DNA of 64,000 bases from assembly GCA_030390025.1 (NCBI GenBank), contig CM059432.1:136030001-136094000 (forward strand), given 5' to 3'. The position numbers and the translations under genes are program-made. Below are positions 37,101 to 49,549 of the stretch, piece after piece (position 1 is the first letter of the stretch; the number at the start of each line of letters is the position of its first letter). This stretch comes from Squalus acanthias. Lineage: Eukaryota. Below the pieces are notes generated by a model that saw only the letters and a program-made list of their open reading frames with translations, did no database searches and had not been told where the DNA came from.

Positions 37101-38853
37101 GGCCACGATTTTGCTGACCTCGGCGGGTACGTGGTGGGCGATGTTGGTGACGGGTCCCGAACCCGCTGCTGTCTCCATCCCAGCCTCTGAAATGAATTTA
37201 CCGTGATTGGGCTTGTTACCCCGCCCCCAGTGCGTTTGCTGGCCAATTAGAGGAAACAGATCTGGTGATGTCATTTGATGACGTGTCATCAGCCGGTTTC
37301 CTTAAAGGGACCATGGCCAAATTATTTTGACATTTGTGCTGTCAGTGTTCTACAGCATTGAGGTGCTGCAAACACTGACAATCACTGCACAGAGGTGCAG
37401 GGCTGCACCCAGGCGCTCCCATGACTCCCTTCATATGCTTATGGAGGGAGTCACAGCACGCAGGGAGGTCCTCTTCCCTTCCCATGGGTGGAAGAGACCT
37501 CCCCAGGAGATCAACACAGCCTGGTTGCACATGGCACAGGAGAACACAAGCAGGGATGTGGTCAGGAGGATCTGGGTACTGTGGCGCAAGCCTTTCAATA
37601 ATCTCATTAGATCACGAAATGTTAGTACAAAGCCACACTCAACCTCATCCTACTGTGCCTCTCATCACATCCCCCTCACTCTGCCATCCCTACCCTACTC
37701 CTGCACATCCTTACTCACACCAAATTACCCATCCCTCTCTATCTATATTATCACATCCCCATCTCACTAGCCACCCCTCACACTCACCCTCATCCTAGTG
37801 CAATCATACTAACTAACAACACGCAAGGGTAGGCACTTGGGTGTTTTATGCTATAAAGAAAGAAAAGACTTGCATTTATATAGCACCTTTCATGACCACC
37901 GGACGTCTCAAAGCACTTTACAGCCATCAAAGTACTTTTTGAAGTGGAGTCACTGTTGTGATGTGGAAAACACAAAGACCGGAATTTTGCCGGTCCTCAG
38001 AGTGCGGGATTGGAGGCGGGACTGCTGTCACAATCGCAAAGATTGACCAGGCAGGAAACCCGCTGTCAACCTGCCTCCAATCAATCTTCCCAAGTGTCGG
38101 GTCCCCGATTTGTACATGGACCCGACACCTAGCGGCAGGAAGAGGATTATAGACACTTACCTGGCTGTTAACAGGTACTTGATACTTGTTAACAGACTCT
38201 TTTTCAATTATGCTGCTTCTGCCTCGGATTCCCTGACGTCCGGACACCACGCCAGGTAAGTGTGGCGTGTTGTGAGTCTGCTGTAATGTTTCTGCATTGA
38301 TGACAGCTACAGAAGTGGTGTGAAGGATCCATGGGTGCACTGGTGAGTTTCAGAGGTAAGAAAATGTTGGGAGAATCATTTTTAATGTATTTACACTTTT
38401 CTGTAGGTAACAAGTTTTGAATTGGCTGTCTAGTCCCACCCTCATTGGGGGAACCTCTCTCACCAGTGACAGATCACTTCTGTAACCTCACCTGCAGCTG
38501 CCATCTGTTCTAGCCTAAGGAGGGAATCACTGGAGAGCCTGAGTGCAAGAGCTCACCTGTGAACAGTCATTGTCAGTGTTTGCAGCACCTCAGTGCTGTG
38601 AAACACTGAGAAATGAGCTGTCAAAGAAAAAAATTGTGTATGGTCCCTTTAAGAAAACCAGCAGATGATGCGTCATCAAATGTCGTCATCTGACCGACTT
38701 ATTCTTAATTGGCCTGCAAGCCCGCAGGGTGGGCTTAACAAGGCCAATAGACGTAAAATCACGTCCGTTGGCCGGATGCATTTGGGGGCGGGACTGGAAC
38801 ACGGAAACCAGCTGACCCGCTCCCAAGCCTCATCTATTTGCAAAATTGCGGCC
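37101..38853 (+). mobile_element. Non-autonomous Harbinger element with Myb/SANT exon remnant (composite interior)
   Basis: TIRs GGCCACGATTTTGC / GCAAAATTGCGGCC, TSD ACT. 37381-37620 encodes RAAPRRSHDSLHMLMEGVTARREVLFP...WLHMA...WRKPFNNL, then GTTAGT. Confidence 0.85.
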
Positions 38854-39049
38854 ACTGTATTTCATGCAAAGTTTCTGTTAATGTGGTGTCAAACACCGAA
38901 ACCTTTATTTTCAACACTTTGCGTTCTTGGACAGATTTGGACAGATTTGGAAGTGGCTTAGTGAGTTGCAGTGAATGATGAGACATAACGGTAACACCCG
39001 TAATAGTGAAGAGTGTGAAAGGAATGGCTTGGGCATTGTAAGGATGCTT

Positions 39050-39854
39050 TTTTGTGTTGGTGTGGGGTGGTGCCAACCTGGCGCATCATTTGCGTGTGCA
39101 GCATCAAGTGAAGTAAATCTGGCCATGGTGAAGCCATCCCTGACCTCCCGGGCAGCAATGTGCTCGTGTACTGATGCCCTGTGTCCTGTGCAGCATCAGT
39201 AGATTCGGAGAAGGTTGGTGTTGTTGTTGGTGCTGCTGGTGTGCCTTGTGCTGCTGGTGTTGGGGCTGATCGTGGTGGGATTCTGCAGACCAAGGTGAGA
39301 GAGTTTCAAGGGCACCCATGCTGATGGAATAGATGGCAGGTGAAGTAGAGATGACAGAAATGATCTGTCAATGGTGGGAGAGGTAATGAGGTCAGACTTG
39401 ATGCAGACTTGTGTAAAGACTTGCAACATCCTGAATCTGTAGTGAAAATGCGGTTTAGAGAAGCTAGTGGTTAATGGGACATATCTCAATCAGCTGGGAG
39501 CTTTGACTTGACATTTGAAGCTGTCAATTCATCAGCTGATTCAATGGCCACTGACCTCCCTCCTCAGCTTCACAGACAAGGTCCAGGCACAGTGGGAAAC
39601 CGGTGGACGACCTGTCAAATCCAAAAAGCCGGGAAAAAAACCATTGATAAGTGGCTGTAAACAAGCCACTAATGATTTTAATTGCCTCCCCTGCCACTGT
39701 GTGTCGGGTCTACTCAGTGCTGGCTGACCTGATATTTGGTAAAGGCGCTTGGTGGCGGGTTCACAGCGGGGTCCCGACCCGCCGGGGAAAAAAAACACTT
39801 TCCCACCCGAACCGCCACCGATTGCGCCCGCTGAATCCCCGCAACATTCAGCCC
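39050..39854 (-). mobile_element. One-ended Harbinger-like remnant
   Basis: Terminal AACATTCAGCCC resembles the GGGCTG.ATTTT TIRs. No partner end found. Confidence 0.45.
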
Positions 39855-40044
39855 AATTTTTTTTTCTGGCTTGGATTCAAGCGCAACGTTTCTTGGCAAA
39901 CTTGACGCATTTATCAAAATTCAGCTATACCATTGAGAGAAAGAAACACTGTTGCATTAGGTTTGTACAATAAAATTAGTTTTATCACGGGCCTTGCAGA
40001 TCTCAAAACAATACTGTGTATCATTCATACAGGTACTTTCTACC

Positions 40045-40650
40045 TGTATGGATGAGGAAAAGGACTGCAGGGAGGATGGGCAAACTGACCACGGCACTGT
40101 GGTACAGGGGGCCATCCAAATGGGGGGAGAAGGAAGGAATGTGGTAGGAGTAGGGGACAGTATAGTCAGCGGGATACATACTGTTCTCTGCAGCCGCGAA
40201 CAAGAGTCCAGAAAGCTGTGTTGCCTGCCCGGTGCCAGGGTTAAGGATATCTCCTCGCGGCTGGAAAAGAACTTGGAGTGGGAAGGGGAGGATCCAGTTT
40301 ACATGGTCCATGCAGGAACCAACGACATAGGTAGAACTAGCAATGATGTTCTGCTGAGGGGGTTTGAGGAGCTAGGGTCTAAATTAATAAGCAGAACCAC
40401 AAGGGTAATAATCTCTGGATTACTACCTGAGCCACGCGCAAATTGGCATTGGGTCAAGCAGATTAGAGAGTTAAATGTGTGGCTCAAAGAGAGGTGTGGG
40501 AAAAAGGGGTTTCAATTCATGGGGCACTGGCACTAGTACTGGGGAAAGTGGGAGCTGTTCCGTCGGGACGGGCTCCACTTAAACCAGGCTGGGACCAGCG
40601 TCCTGGCAAAACAATAATAATTAGGGCTGTAGATAGGGCTTCAAACTAAA
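40045..40650 (+). pseudogene. CR1 ORF1 SGNH-esterase domain, disrupted
   Basis: GDSIV, CLPGARV, HAGTND and DGLHLN motifs. Stop at 40534-40536. Confidence 0.9.
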
Positions 40651-40734
40651 AAAACAGGGGCGGGGGGGGGGTCAGGTGAGGGGAAATTTAGAAATCTAAG
40701 AAGAAAGGTCAAGGCAATAGAGCAGTGTAGCGAT

Positions 40735-43700
40735 TTGGGTAAAAATAAGCACAGTGTGACAGGAAGGGACAGAGAGTTTAATGGTAGCAGTGCAGCAGAG
40801 AATAAGGTCAAAGCAGGGAATAATGGTGAAACATTTAAATTAAAGGCTCTTTATCTGAATACACAAAGCATTCATAACAAGATAGACGAACTAGTGGCAC
40901 AAATAGAGATAAATGGGTTTGACCCAATAGCCATTACAGAGAAATGGTTGTAAGGTGGCCAAGGTTGGGAACTAAGGGGTAGAAATTAGGTCGCGCCCCA
41001 TTTGGGGCGCAAATATCGTCTGGACGCAAATATTAGCGCCTGGCGCTAATTATCGGCACTGACAGGAAACTTCACTTTTACCGCCCCGGGAGGTGAGTGG
41101 AGCGCTAAAGCAGGCGCTGCACACCTGTCTTAAGGCGCAAAGGCCAAGGAGTGAGGCGCTAACTCAGAGCGCTGGCGAAGCTCATGTAATGTCAGTCAGC
41201 AAAGAAACACACACACAATGGCACGGGCCAGTTCTTAAAGGGGATGGTTAATCTTGATTTCCATTCACATCCTGTTCATTGCAGCCTTGAATCTCGGCCT
41301 GGAGAGACTTGCACATCAAATGTGCTGGAAAGAACAATGGAGAGTACCAGGCAAAGAGCTCAGAGTGCAGCTCCCACAGTCTCTGCTAAATCGATACAAG
41401 GAATGGCAAATCAAAATGAACCTGCAAAGTGCTGCTCAGTACCCAAAACTCCTTCACACAACGTTGAATCTCTCCAGAAGTCTCTCCCTCTCTCTCTCAG
41501 AATGCGTAGTTCAAAAATGCCACCAACAATAAAAGCCAGGAAGAGGCCCCCTTTAAATAGCGCCCCCCCCAGCCCCACAGCGATTGATAGCGTTCCAGTC
41601 TTCTGGTCGTTGGATGCGCCAGGCGGTAAGGCAGGGGGCGCCACTCAATTTCCGCTCCGGGGCGCCACAAGGGCGTTGCACCATGGAATGACGTCACAAT
41701 CTGCGCGCGCAGGTGGTCGCAGCGGTAAGTTTTAGCGCCACCGCACAATCTCAAGTTAAGTTCTTGAGCGGCGCAAACATCGCTGCGCACGGGCATTAGC
41801 GGCTTTGCGCCCCATTAGCGCCCTCTTAAGGCGCTAACGGGAGGCGCAACCAAGTGAATTTTTACCCCTAAATGTTCCAGGGTACTTGACATTTCAAAAA
41901 GACAAGCAGAATGGAAAAGAAGGGGGAGTAGCCCTAATAATAAAGGATGACATAAGGACAGTAGCGAGAAAGGATCTCGGCTCGGAAGATCAGGAAGTAG
42001 AATCAGTATGGGTGGAGATAAGGAATAACAAGGGGCAGAAAACATTGGTAGGAGTAGTATATAGGTCCCCTAACAGTAGCTGTACCATTGGACAGAATAT
42101 TAATCAAGAAATAGTAGGAGCTTGCAACAAAGGTAATGCAATAATCTTGGGGGACTTTAATCTTCATATAGACTGGACAAATCAAATTGGCAAAGGTAGT
42201 CTGGAGGATGAGTTCATGGAATGCATTCAGGACAGTTTCCTAGAACAATATGTCATGGAACCAACTAGGGAACAGGCTATTTTAGATCTTGTATTGTGTA
42301 ATGAGACAGGGTTAATTAGCAATCTTATAGTAAAGGATCCTCTGGGGCAGAGTGATCATAATATAATAGAATTTCACATTAATTTTGAGAGTGACTTGCC
42401 TAAGTCCGAAACTAGAGTCTTAAACTTAAATAAAGCCAATTATATAGGTATGAAGGGCACATTGGCTAAGGTAGATTGGAACAATAGATTAAAACCATGG
42501 CGGTAGATAAGCAGCGGCTAGCATTTAAAGAAGTATTTCATAATTCTCAACAAAAATACATTCCATTGAGAAACAAAAACTCCACGGGAAAAGTGATCCA
42601 ACTGTGGCTAACTAAAGCAGTTAAGGATAGCATTAGATTGAAAGAAGAAGCTTATAATGTTGCAAAGAATAATAGTAAGCCTGAAGATTGGGAGAGTTTC
42701 AGAAACCAGCAAAGGTTGACCAAAAAATTGATAAAAAGGGAAAAAATAGAATATGAGAGAAAACTAGCAAGAAGTATAAAAGCAGATTGTAAGAGTTTCT
42801 ACAAGTATGTAAAAAGGAAAAGAATAGCAAAAGTAAACGTTGGTCCTTTAGAGGCAGAGGCAGGAGAAATTATTATGGGGAATAAGGAAATGGCAGAAAC
42901 GTTAAACAAATATTTTGTATCTGTCTTCACAGTAGAAGATACAAAAAGCGTACCAAAAATGGTGGGAAACCAAGGGTCTATTGAGGGTGAGGAACTTAAC
43001 GTAATTAATGTAAGTAGAGAAAGACTACTAGAGAAAGTAACGGGACTAATAGCCGACAAATTGAGAGTGATGGCTTACATCCTCGGGTTCTAAAAGAGGT
43101 GGCCGAAGAGATAGTGGATGCATTGGTTTTGATCTTCCAAAATTCCTTAGATTCTGGAATGGTCCCAGCGGATTGGAAAGTCACAAATGTAACACCGCTA
43201 TTCAAGAAAGGAGGGAGAGAAAAAACAGGGAACTACAGGCCAGTTAGCCTGACATCAGTCATCAGGAAAATGTTGGAATCCTTTGTTAAGGAAGTGGTAC
43301 CAAGTCACTTAGAAAATCATAACATGATTAGGCAGAGTCAACATGGTTTTATGAAAGGGAAATCGTGTTTGACAAATTTATTAGAGTTTTTTGAGGATGT
43401 AACTAGCAGGGTAGATAAAGGGGAACTAGTGGATGTAGTATATTTGGATTTCCAAAAGGCATTCGATAAGGTGCCACATAAAAGCTTATTACACAAGATT
43501 AGGGCTCATGCGGTTGGGGGTAAAACAGCAGCATGGATAGAGGATTGGTTAACAGACAGAAAACAGAGAGTAGGGATAAATGGATCTTTTTCAGGTTGGC
43601 AGGCTGTAAATAGTGGGTTGCCGCAAGGATCAGTGTTGGGGCCTCAGCTATTTCCAATTTATATTATTGATCTAGATGAAGGGACCGAGTGTAATGTATC

Positions 43701-44460
43701 CAAGTTTGCTGATGATACAAAGCTAGGTAGGACAGTAAGCTGTGAGGAGAACACAAAGAGGCTGAAAAGGGAGATAGATAGATTAAGTGAGTGGGCAGTA
43801 AGGTGGCAGATGGAGTATAATGTAAGGAAATGTGAGGTTATTCACTTTGGTAGGAAGAATAGAAAAACAGAATATTTTTTAAATGGTGAGAAACTTTCAA
43901 ATGTTGGTGTTCAGAGAGATTTGGGTGTCCTCCTGCAAGAAACACAGAAAGCTAGCATACAGGTACAGCAAGCAATAAGGAAGGCAAATGGCACGTTGGC
44001 CTTTATTGCAAGGGAGTTGGAGTATAAGAGTAAGGAAGTCTTGCTACAATTGTACAGGGCCTTGGTGAGACCATACCTGGAGTACTGTGCACAGTTTTGG
44101 TCTCCTTATCTAAGGAAGGATATACTTGCCTTGGAGGCGGTGCAACGAAGGTTCACTAGATTAATTCCTGGGATGAGAGGGCTGTGCTATGATGAGAGAT
44201 TGTGTAGAATGGGCCTATACTCTCTGGAGTTTAGAAGAATGAAAGGTGATCTCATTGAAACATACAAGATTCTGAAGGGGATTGACAGGGTAGATGCTGA
44301 GAGGTTGTTTCCCCTGGCTGGAGTGTCTAGAACTAGGGGGCATAGTCTCAGGATAAGGGGTATGCCATTTAAGACTGAGATGAGGAAGAATTTCTTCACT
44401 CAGAGGGTTGTGAATCTTTGGAATTCTCTGCCCCAGAGGGCTGTGAATGCTGAGTCTTTA
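40735..44460 (+). pseudogene. CR1 ORF2 endonuclease-reverse transcriptase, disrupted
   Basis: LYLN..SI.NK, GDFN, SDHN, then a 458-aa RT ORF (43099-44475) with PQGS and FADD. Contains a stop, frameshifts and a MITE. Confidence 0.95.
40976..41868 (+). mobile_element. Harbinger MITE family A, copy 2 (diverged)
   Basis: TIRs GGGGTAGAAATT / AATTTTTACCCC, TSD TAA. The empty site is visible at about 62550-62570. Confidence 0.93.
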
Positions 44461-45861
44461 GGGGCGATTTTCTGACGTCGGAGGAGGTGGGTTTAGAGGC
44501 GGGAAAGGCGGGAAAATCAGATTCAAAGAGGTCGGGTTAGGAACCCGCCTCCAACCCGCCTCTCCGGGATTTTGCTGGTGCCGGTTTTGGAGGTCGGGAA
44601 ACACTCCCACCTCCAGTCGGCCATTGCGCTATTTAACCTCCTTAAATGCTCGTTAAGGGCCTCTCTAACCCTATCTTGAGAGGCCCTCCTGATTTTTCCA
44701 GCATTTTGGTGTGCTCCATGCACCTCCTGAACCATGCCAGGTAAACCTGGCGGGTTGACTCGTGGGTGGCCTCCTCACTGCTGCAGGTCGAACAAGACAT
44801 CGTTTATTGCAGCAAGGATTACTTGCACGTGCCAGACCTTGGCTTTAAAAGGTCTCTGAGCGTTTTTAGAAGGCCTTCCGAAGTCGGAGGTGCTGCAGCT
44901 TGACTCCATCAACTGTGGGACCTCCTTGGAAGACCCACTCCCCGCTTGCAATGAGCTCTTCCCCAAAGGAGGCATCTACAAGCAACATTGGAACCATTCG
45001 TTTTCCTCTGCATCGAACTCAGATGAGGATGAGGAGGAGGAGGAGGAGGATCTGGAGGAGGAGGTCAGAGCGCCGGTGTATCGACCAGCGGCAGCGGCAG
45101 CACGCGAGCACATGACTGCCCGGGATGCAAGGGATGAACTTATCATGGCCAGATTTGCATAGGTTGCCCAAGTTGGCACATGTCCTTGGCTCCATCCAAG
45201 GACATCATTGACAGTGGACATGACTCTCTGACCTCCTTTCACTCAGGCCACCAACCTGACAATGCAAGTGTGGCGGTGCCCGCAATGTGGAGCTGCCTAA
45301 GGTGAAAGAACAGATGGCATAACGCCAACATTTTGGCTTCAAATCATTTTAATACTTTCCAACAGGGATGGCATTTCATCAATACACAGAAACAGTCTCC
45401 CAATCTGCACACAGATCTGGAGCTTATATCCCTTAACAGCTGTACCCACACAGCTTTGGTATCTTTGGCAGGCCCCTTCCTCCGAGATGAGTGGAAGAGC
45501 ACCTCCATGCTAGCTGTCACCTCCTCAAACAACATTTGCAGCGCCTCAACCGAGAGCCTGGGGTAGGCCCTTGCCTTGGAATTGGACATAATGGTTTCTC
45601 AAAAGATGTTGGAGGTGGTGCAGGAGACGCAGAAATGCTGTGGAATGAGCCAAGGGAGCAAGAAGCCATAAAATCAGACTGGAAAAGTGCTGTCAACAGA
45701 GGCGAGTTTCAGTCCCAAAACACTAATTGAGCAAGGGCATCCCACACCTCTGAAATCAAGTGGCCAATCATGGGAAAGTCGCAAATTTCAGTGGAGGCGA
45801 GTTTCAAACCCACCCAAACTGAAACCCGCCTCCATCTCGTCTCCAGTGGGAAAATCGCCCC
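44461..45861. mobile_element. Internally deleted Harbinger with convergent transposase and Myb remnants
   Basis: TIRs GGGGCGATTTTC / GAAAATCGCCCC. Plus strand acidic C-terminus ..ARDARDELIMARFA*. Minus strand MSNSKARAYPRLSVEALQMLFEEV..W. No clean TSD. Confidence 0.85.
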
Positions 45862-46374
45862 CGTATATTCAAGACCGAGAGATAGATTTTTGATCTCTAG
45901 GGGAATCAAGGGATATGGAGATTGGGCGGGAAAGTGGAGCTGAGGTCGAAGATCAGCCATGATCTTATTGAATGGCGGAGCAGGCTCGAGGGGCCGTATG
46001 GCCTACTCCTGCTCTTATTTCTTATGTTCTTATGTTCTTATCATCAATCGGAAATCACACTCAGATGTGTGATAAACCTCCCATGTGAGTGTTTGTTCAG
46101 AAATGTAGTTAACCTACAGTTACAAAGAAAATGATAATTCAGTACATATGTGCATGGAAATGTTGCGATGAAAAAAAAATGACAATAAGTGAGGCCGGAC
46201 AAAAATCTTTGTTGAGGGGCATCGGCATTTAATAGGATGTAGACATCTCAAATGTATCACATGGGATATCACTGATGTTCGTGTGCGGAGGATTGCACAG
46301 TGGTGTGATTGATGATATTGCGGTGTAACTGTATATATAATGCTTGCATTTATAATTCATTTTAAATTACACTT

Positions 46375-46686
46375 TGAGATCTCTGCGCTCCTCTAATTCT
46401 GGCCTCTTGAACATCCCCGATTTTAATCGCTCCACCATTGGTGGCTGTGCCTTCAGCTGCCAAGGTCCGAAGCACTGGAATTCCCTCCCTAAACCTCTCC
46501 GCCTCTCTACTTCTCTCTCCTCCTTTAAGACACTCCTTAAAACCTACCACTTTGACCAGGCTTTTGGTCACCTGTCCTGATATCTCCTTAAGTGGCTCGG
46601 TGTCACATTTTGTTTGATATCGCTCTTGTGAAGCGCCTTGGGACGTTTTACTACGTTAAAGTCACTATATAAATGCAAGTTGTTGA
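46375..46686 (+). mobile_element. L2 3' fragment
   Basis: LRSSNSGLL..GGCAFSCQGPKHWNSLP plus tail. Confidence 0.88.
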
Positions 46687-47249
46687 GTAAAATCTGAGAT
46701 TAAACACCGTGAATGCGCATTTCAACCGTACAGGAGATTTAACGAAGGTGAATGTGGACATGGACGGAGAAGCAAAACAGGCGGTATTGCGTCGGTCAGC
46801 TGTTGCACGCTCCGCCCGATATTCAGTTCCATTGACTGCAATAGCACTGAATATCGAGAGTGCCATATGACGGTCGGCCAATGCGATTACGCCTGTTTTA
46901 CATCGCCTGCCAAGTCCAATTTCACCCCCCTCCCCCCACCCCAGCCCGCCCCATGCTGTGGCGCACCAATCTACCGCTTACCATACCAAGAAGCTGCTAT
47001 TTGAGTTGCCATGTCCACATTCACCTTCATGAAATTTCCTGTACGGTTGAAATGCGCATTCACAGTGTTTCATCCCAGATTTTACTCAACAACAACTTGC
47101 ATTTATATAGCGACTTTAACGTAGTAAAATGTCCCAAGGCGCTTCACAAGAGCGATATCAAACAAAATTTGACACCGAGCCACATAAGGAGATATCAGGA
47201 CAGGTGACCAAAAGCCTGGTCAAAGTGGTAGGTTTTAAGGAGCGTCTTA
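46526..47249. repeat. Inverted repeat, arms 46526-46763 and 47009-47249
   Basis: Each arm comprises the L2 tail plus about 75 bp of adjacent non-L2 sequence. Confidence 0.9.
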
Positions 47250-47401
47250 GGTTAGGCTATTCCTGGCTGCTGCTGGAGCTGAGGCTACTCAAAGTTTCCC
47301 TGATTGGATCTTGTGCAGAGGACAGGTTATCAAGGTCAGATCAACCAGCAGGGAATGACAGGCTTTCTATTTTTAGTGCTTTGTTTTGCATCTGTAACTG
47401 G

Positions 47402-48265
47402 GGAGGAGAAATTCGGTATCGCCCCGTTTGGGGTGCAATTATCGTCCGGGTGCAAAGTTTAGCTCCTGGCGCTCTTTATCGCCTCTGACTGCAAACTTGG
47501 CTTCTATCGCCCCTGGAGGTGATTTGAGCACGAAATCAGGCGCTACACACCTCTCTTAAGGCGCAAACGCCGAGGAGCGAGGTGCTACCTCAGAGCGCTG
47601 GCGAACCTCATGTGATGTCAGTTAGCAATGGAACACAGACACACTGACGCCGGACAGTTCTTAAAGGGGAGGGTCGATCTTGCTCTCCAGCCACACCCTG
47701 CTCATTGCAGCCTTGAATCTCGGCCTGGAGAGACCTGTACATCAAATCTGTTGGAAAGAACAATGGAGAGAACCAGGGAAAGAGCTCAGAGTGCAGCCCC
47801 CATAGCCTCTTCTAAATTGATGCAAGGAAGGTCAAATCAAAATGTATCTGCAAAGTGCTGCTCAGTACCCAAAACTCCTTCACACAGCATTGAATCTCTC
47901 CAGAAGTCTCTCTCTCTCTCTCTCAGAATGCGTGGTGCAAAAATGTCGCCGACAAAAAAAGCCAGGAAGCGGCCGCCTTTAAATAGCGCTCCCCCAGTCC
48001 CTTCCCGACTGCAAAATGTTCCCCTCTATCCGTCGTTGCTAGCGGCAGGCGGAAAGGCAGGGGGCGCCACTCACTATCCGGTCTGGGGCGCTACCGGGGC
48101 GTTGCACGCTTGACTGATGTCATGATCTGCAGGCGCAGGAGATCGTGGCTGTAGTGTTTAGCGCCGCCGCAAAATGTCTGGTCAATTTCGTGAGCGGTGC
48201 AAACATCGCCGCGCCCGGGCGCTAGTTGCTTTGCGGGAGGTGCTAATCAACCGAATTTTTCCCCC
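47402..48265 (+). mobile_element. Harbinger MITE family A, copy 3
   Basis: TIRs GGAGGAGAAATTCGG / CCGAATTTTTCCCCC, flanks TGG / TAG. Confidence 0.9.
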
Positions 48266-48344
48266 TAGGACATCAAAAGTGTGATATGGCAAAACTTTCA
48301 TATACTTGGATGTAGAGATAAACTTAATTCATTGAGGCAAGATG

Positions 48345-48842
48345 AGAGAAAGAAAGAATGAAGTTGCATTTACATAGCGTCTTTCGTGACTTCAGGATGC
48401 TTCACAGCCAGTAATATTTTGAAGCCTAGTCACTGTGGTGATGATTGAGGGATAAATGTTGGCCAGGACACCAAGCCCTTGGGGACATGCTGAGGTCACG
48501 AAAGGCGCTATACAAATGCAAGTCTTTTCTTTCTTTAGAAACTGGGTGCGATTTTCACTTTGAGTGATCGCCCAGAGGAATCAGCAAGGGATCCCTGTTT
48601 TTTTTTAATGATGTTGGTTGATATTATTTGATAAATATTGGCCACCAGGAAGAACTCCCCTGCTCTTCTTTGAGATAGTGGCATTTGATCTTTTACTTGC
48701 GAGGGCAGATGCGGCCTCGGTTTAATGTCTCAGCTGAACTGGAGTGTCAGCCTAGATTTTATGCTCAAGTCTCTGGTGTGGGACTTAAACCCACAAGCTT
48801 CTGATTCAGAGCCAAGAGTGCTACCAACTGAGCCACGGCTTA
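48345..48842 (-). mobile_element. Rearranged Deu-SINE fragments
   Basis: Tail pieces in both orientations, then a reverse body and head. Confidence 0.7.
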
Positions 48843-49549
48843 TACCTAACTGACACAGCCTTGCAACCAACTGCATTTTGAATGCCGTGATTGCCTTTGA
48901 ATTTACTATCTTGCCTGATGGATTACTCTAAGCATTTATTACCCTTTGAATAAAAACATGTTTTTTGAATATCTGTTTTAAATTAATTTTGCTACTAACT
49001 TAAATTAGGTGCTGTGGTCTCAATTAGCTCCAAGCAATATTCCATGATTACACAGCCATGGATTAATATCCCTGCACTCCGCTCCTGATATTCTGTACGC
49101 GATAGGGCACGAATAATGCATAGAAATCTTTGAGGTTGGACGGGCCCGGTCCTGAAAGTGTTAAATGAATATAGACAGTAACGAGACACAGTGTGATTAT
49201 AAATCTATAAGCAGAACAGAATAGTCTGTTTTCATTATGAGTCATTGGCTTTGCATCATCTGCAGCTCTTACACACAGCCAGATCAGAGCAGATATGAAG
49301 AGGACTGGGCTGTAGAAAGGAAGTGGTAAACATATGGACATCCTCAGAATAACACACATTCAGAATAACTAGCATTGCCATGGGCTGAGCAGCTTGCATG
49401 TGTCACAGCCACTCAGGTGTCAGTGCTTGCAAAGTCTGCACAAATTCTGGTAAAATACAACTCCAAATCTTTTCTGACGTCCTATCAGCTCTGGTAGAAC
49501 GTCAAAGCACCGCCCCCATGTGAATTTTTACATAAGAGCTTTGATTATT

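Larger units (their letters stand above)
40045..46040 (+). mobile_element. Near full-length CR1 LINE (ORF1 3' part, ORF2, tail) with two Harbinger insertions
   Basis: ORF1, APE and RT motifs in order, ending in (TTCTTATG)n. Confidence 0.95.

Noticed and set aside
43099..44475. 458-aa ORF as a functional gene
   Set aside because: It is a CR1 RT fragment, the upstream ORF2 is broken and the 3' end is interrupted by a transposon
47628..48113. Recurring MEHRH... ORFs (also 5500, 41244, 61384) suggesting a gene family
   Set aside because: They are MITE family A interiors, and stops and frames differ between copies
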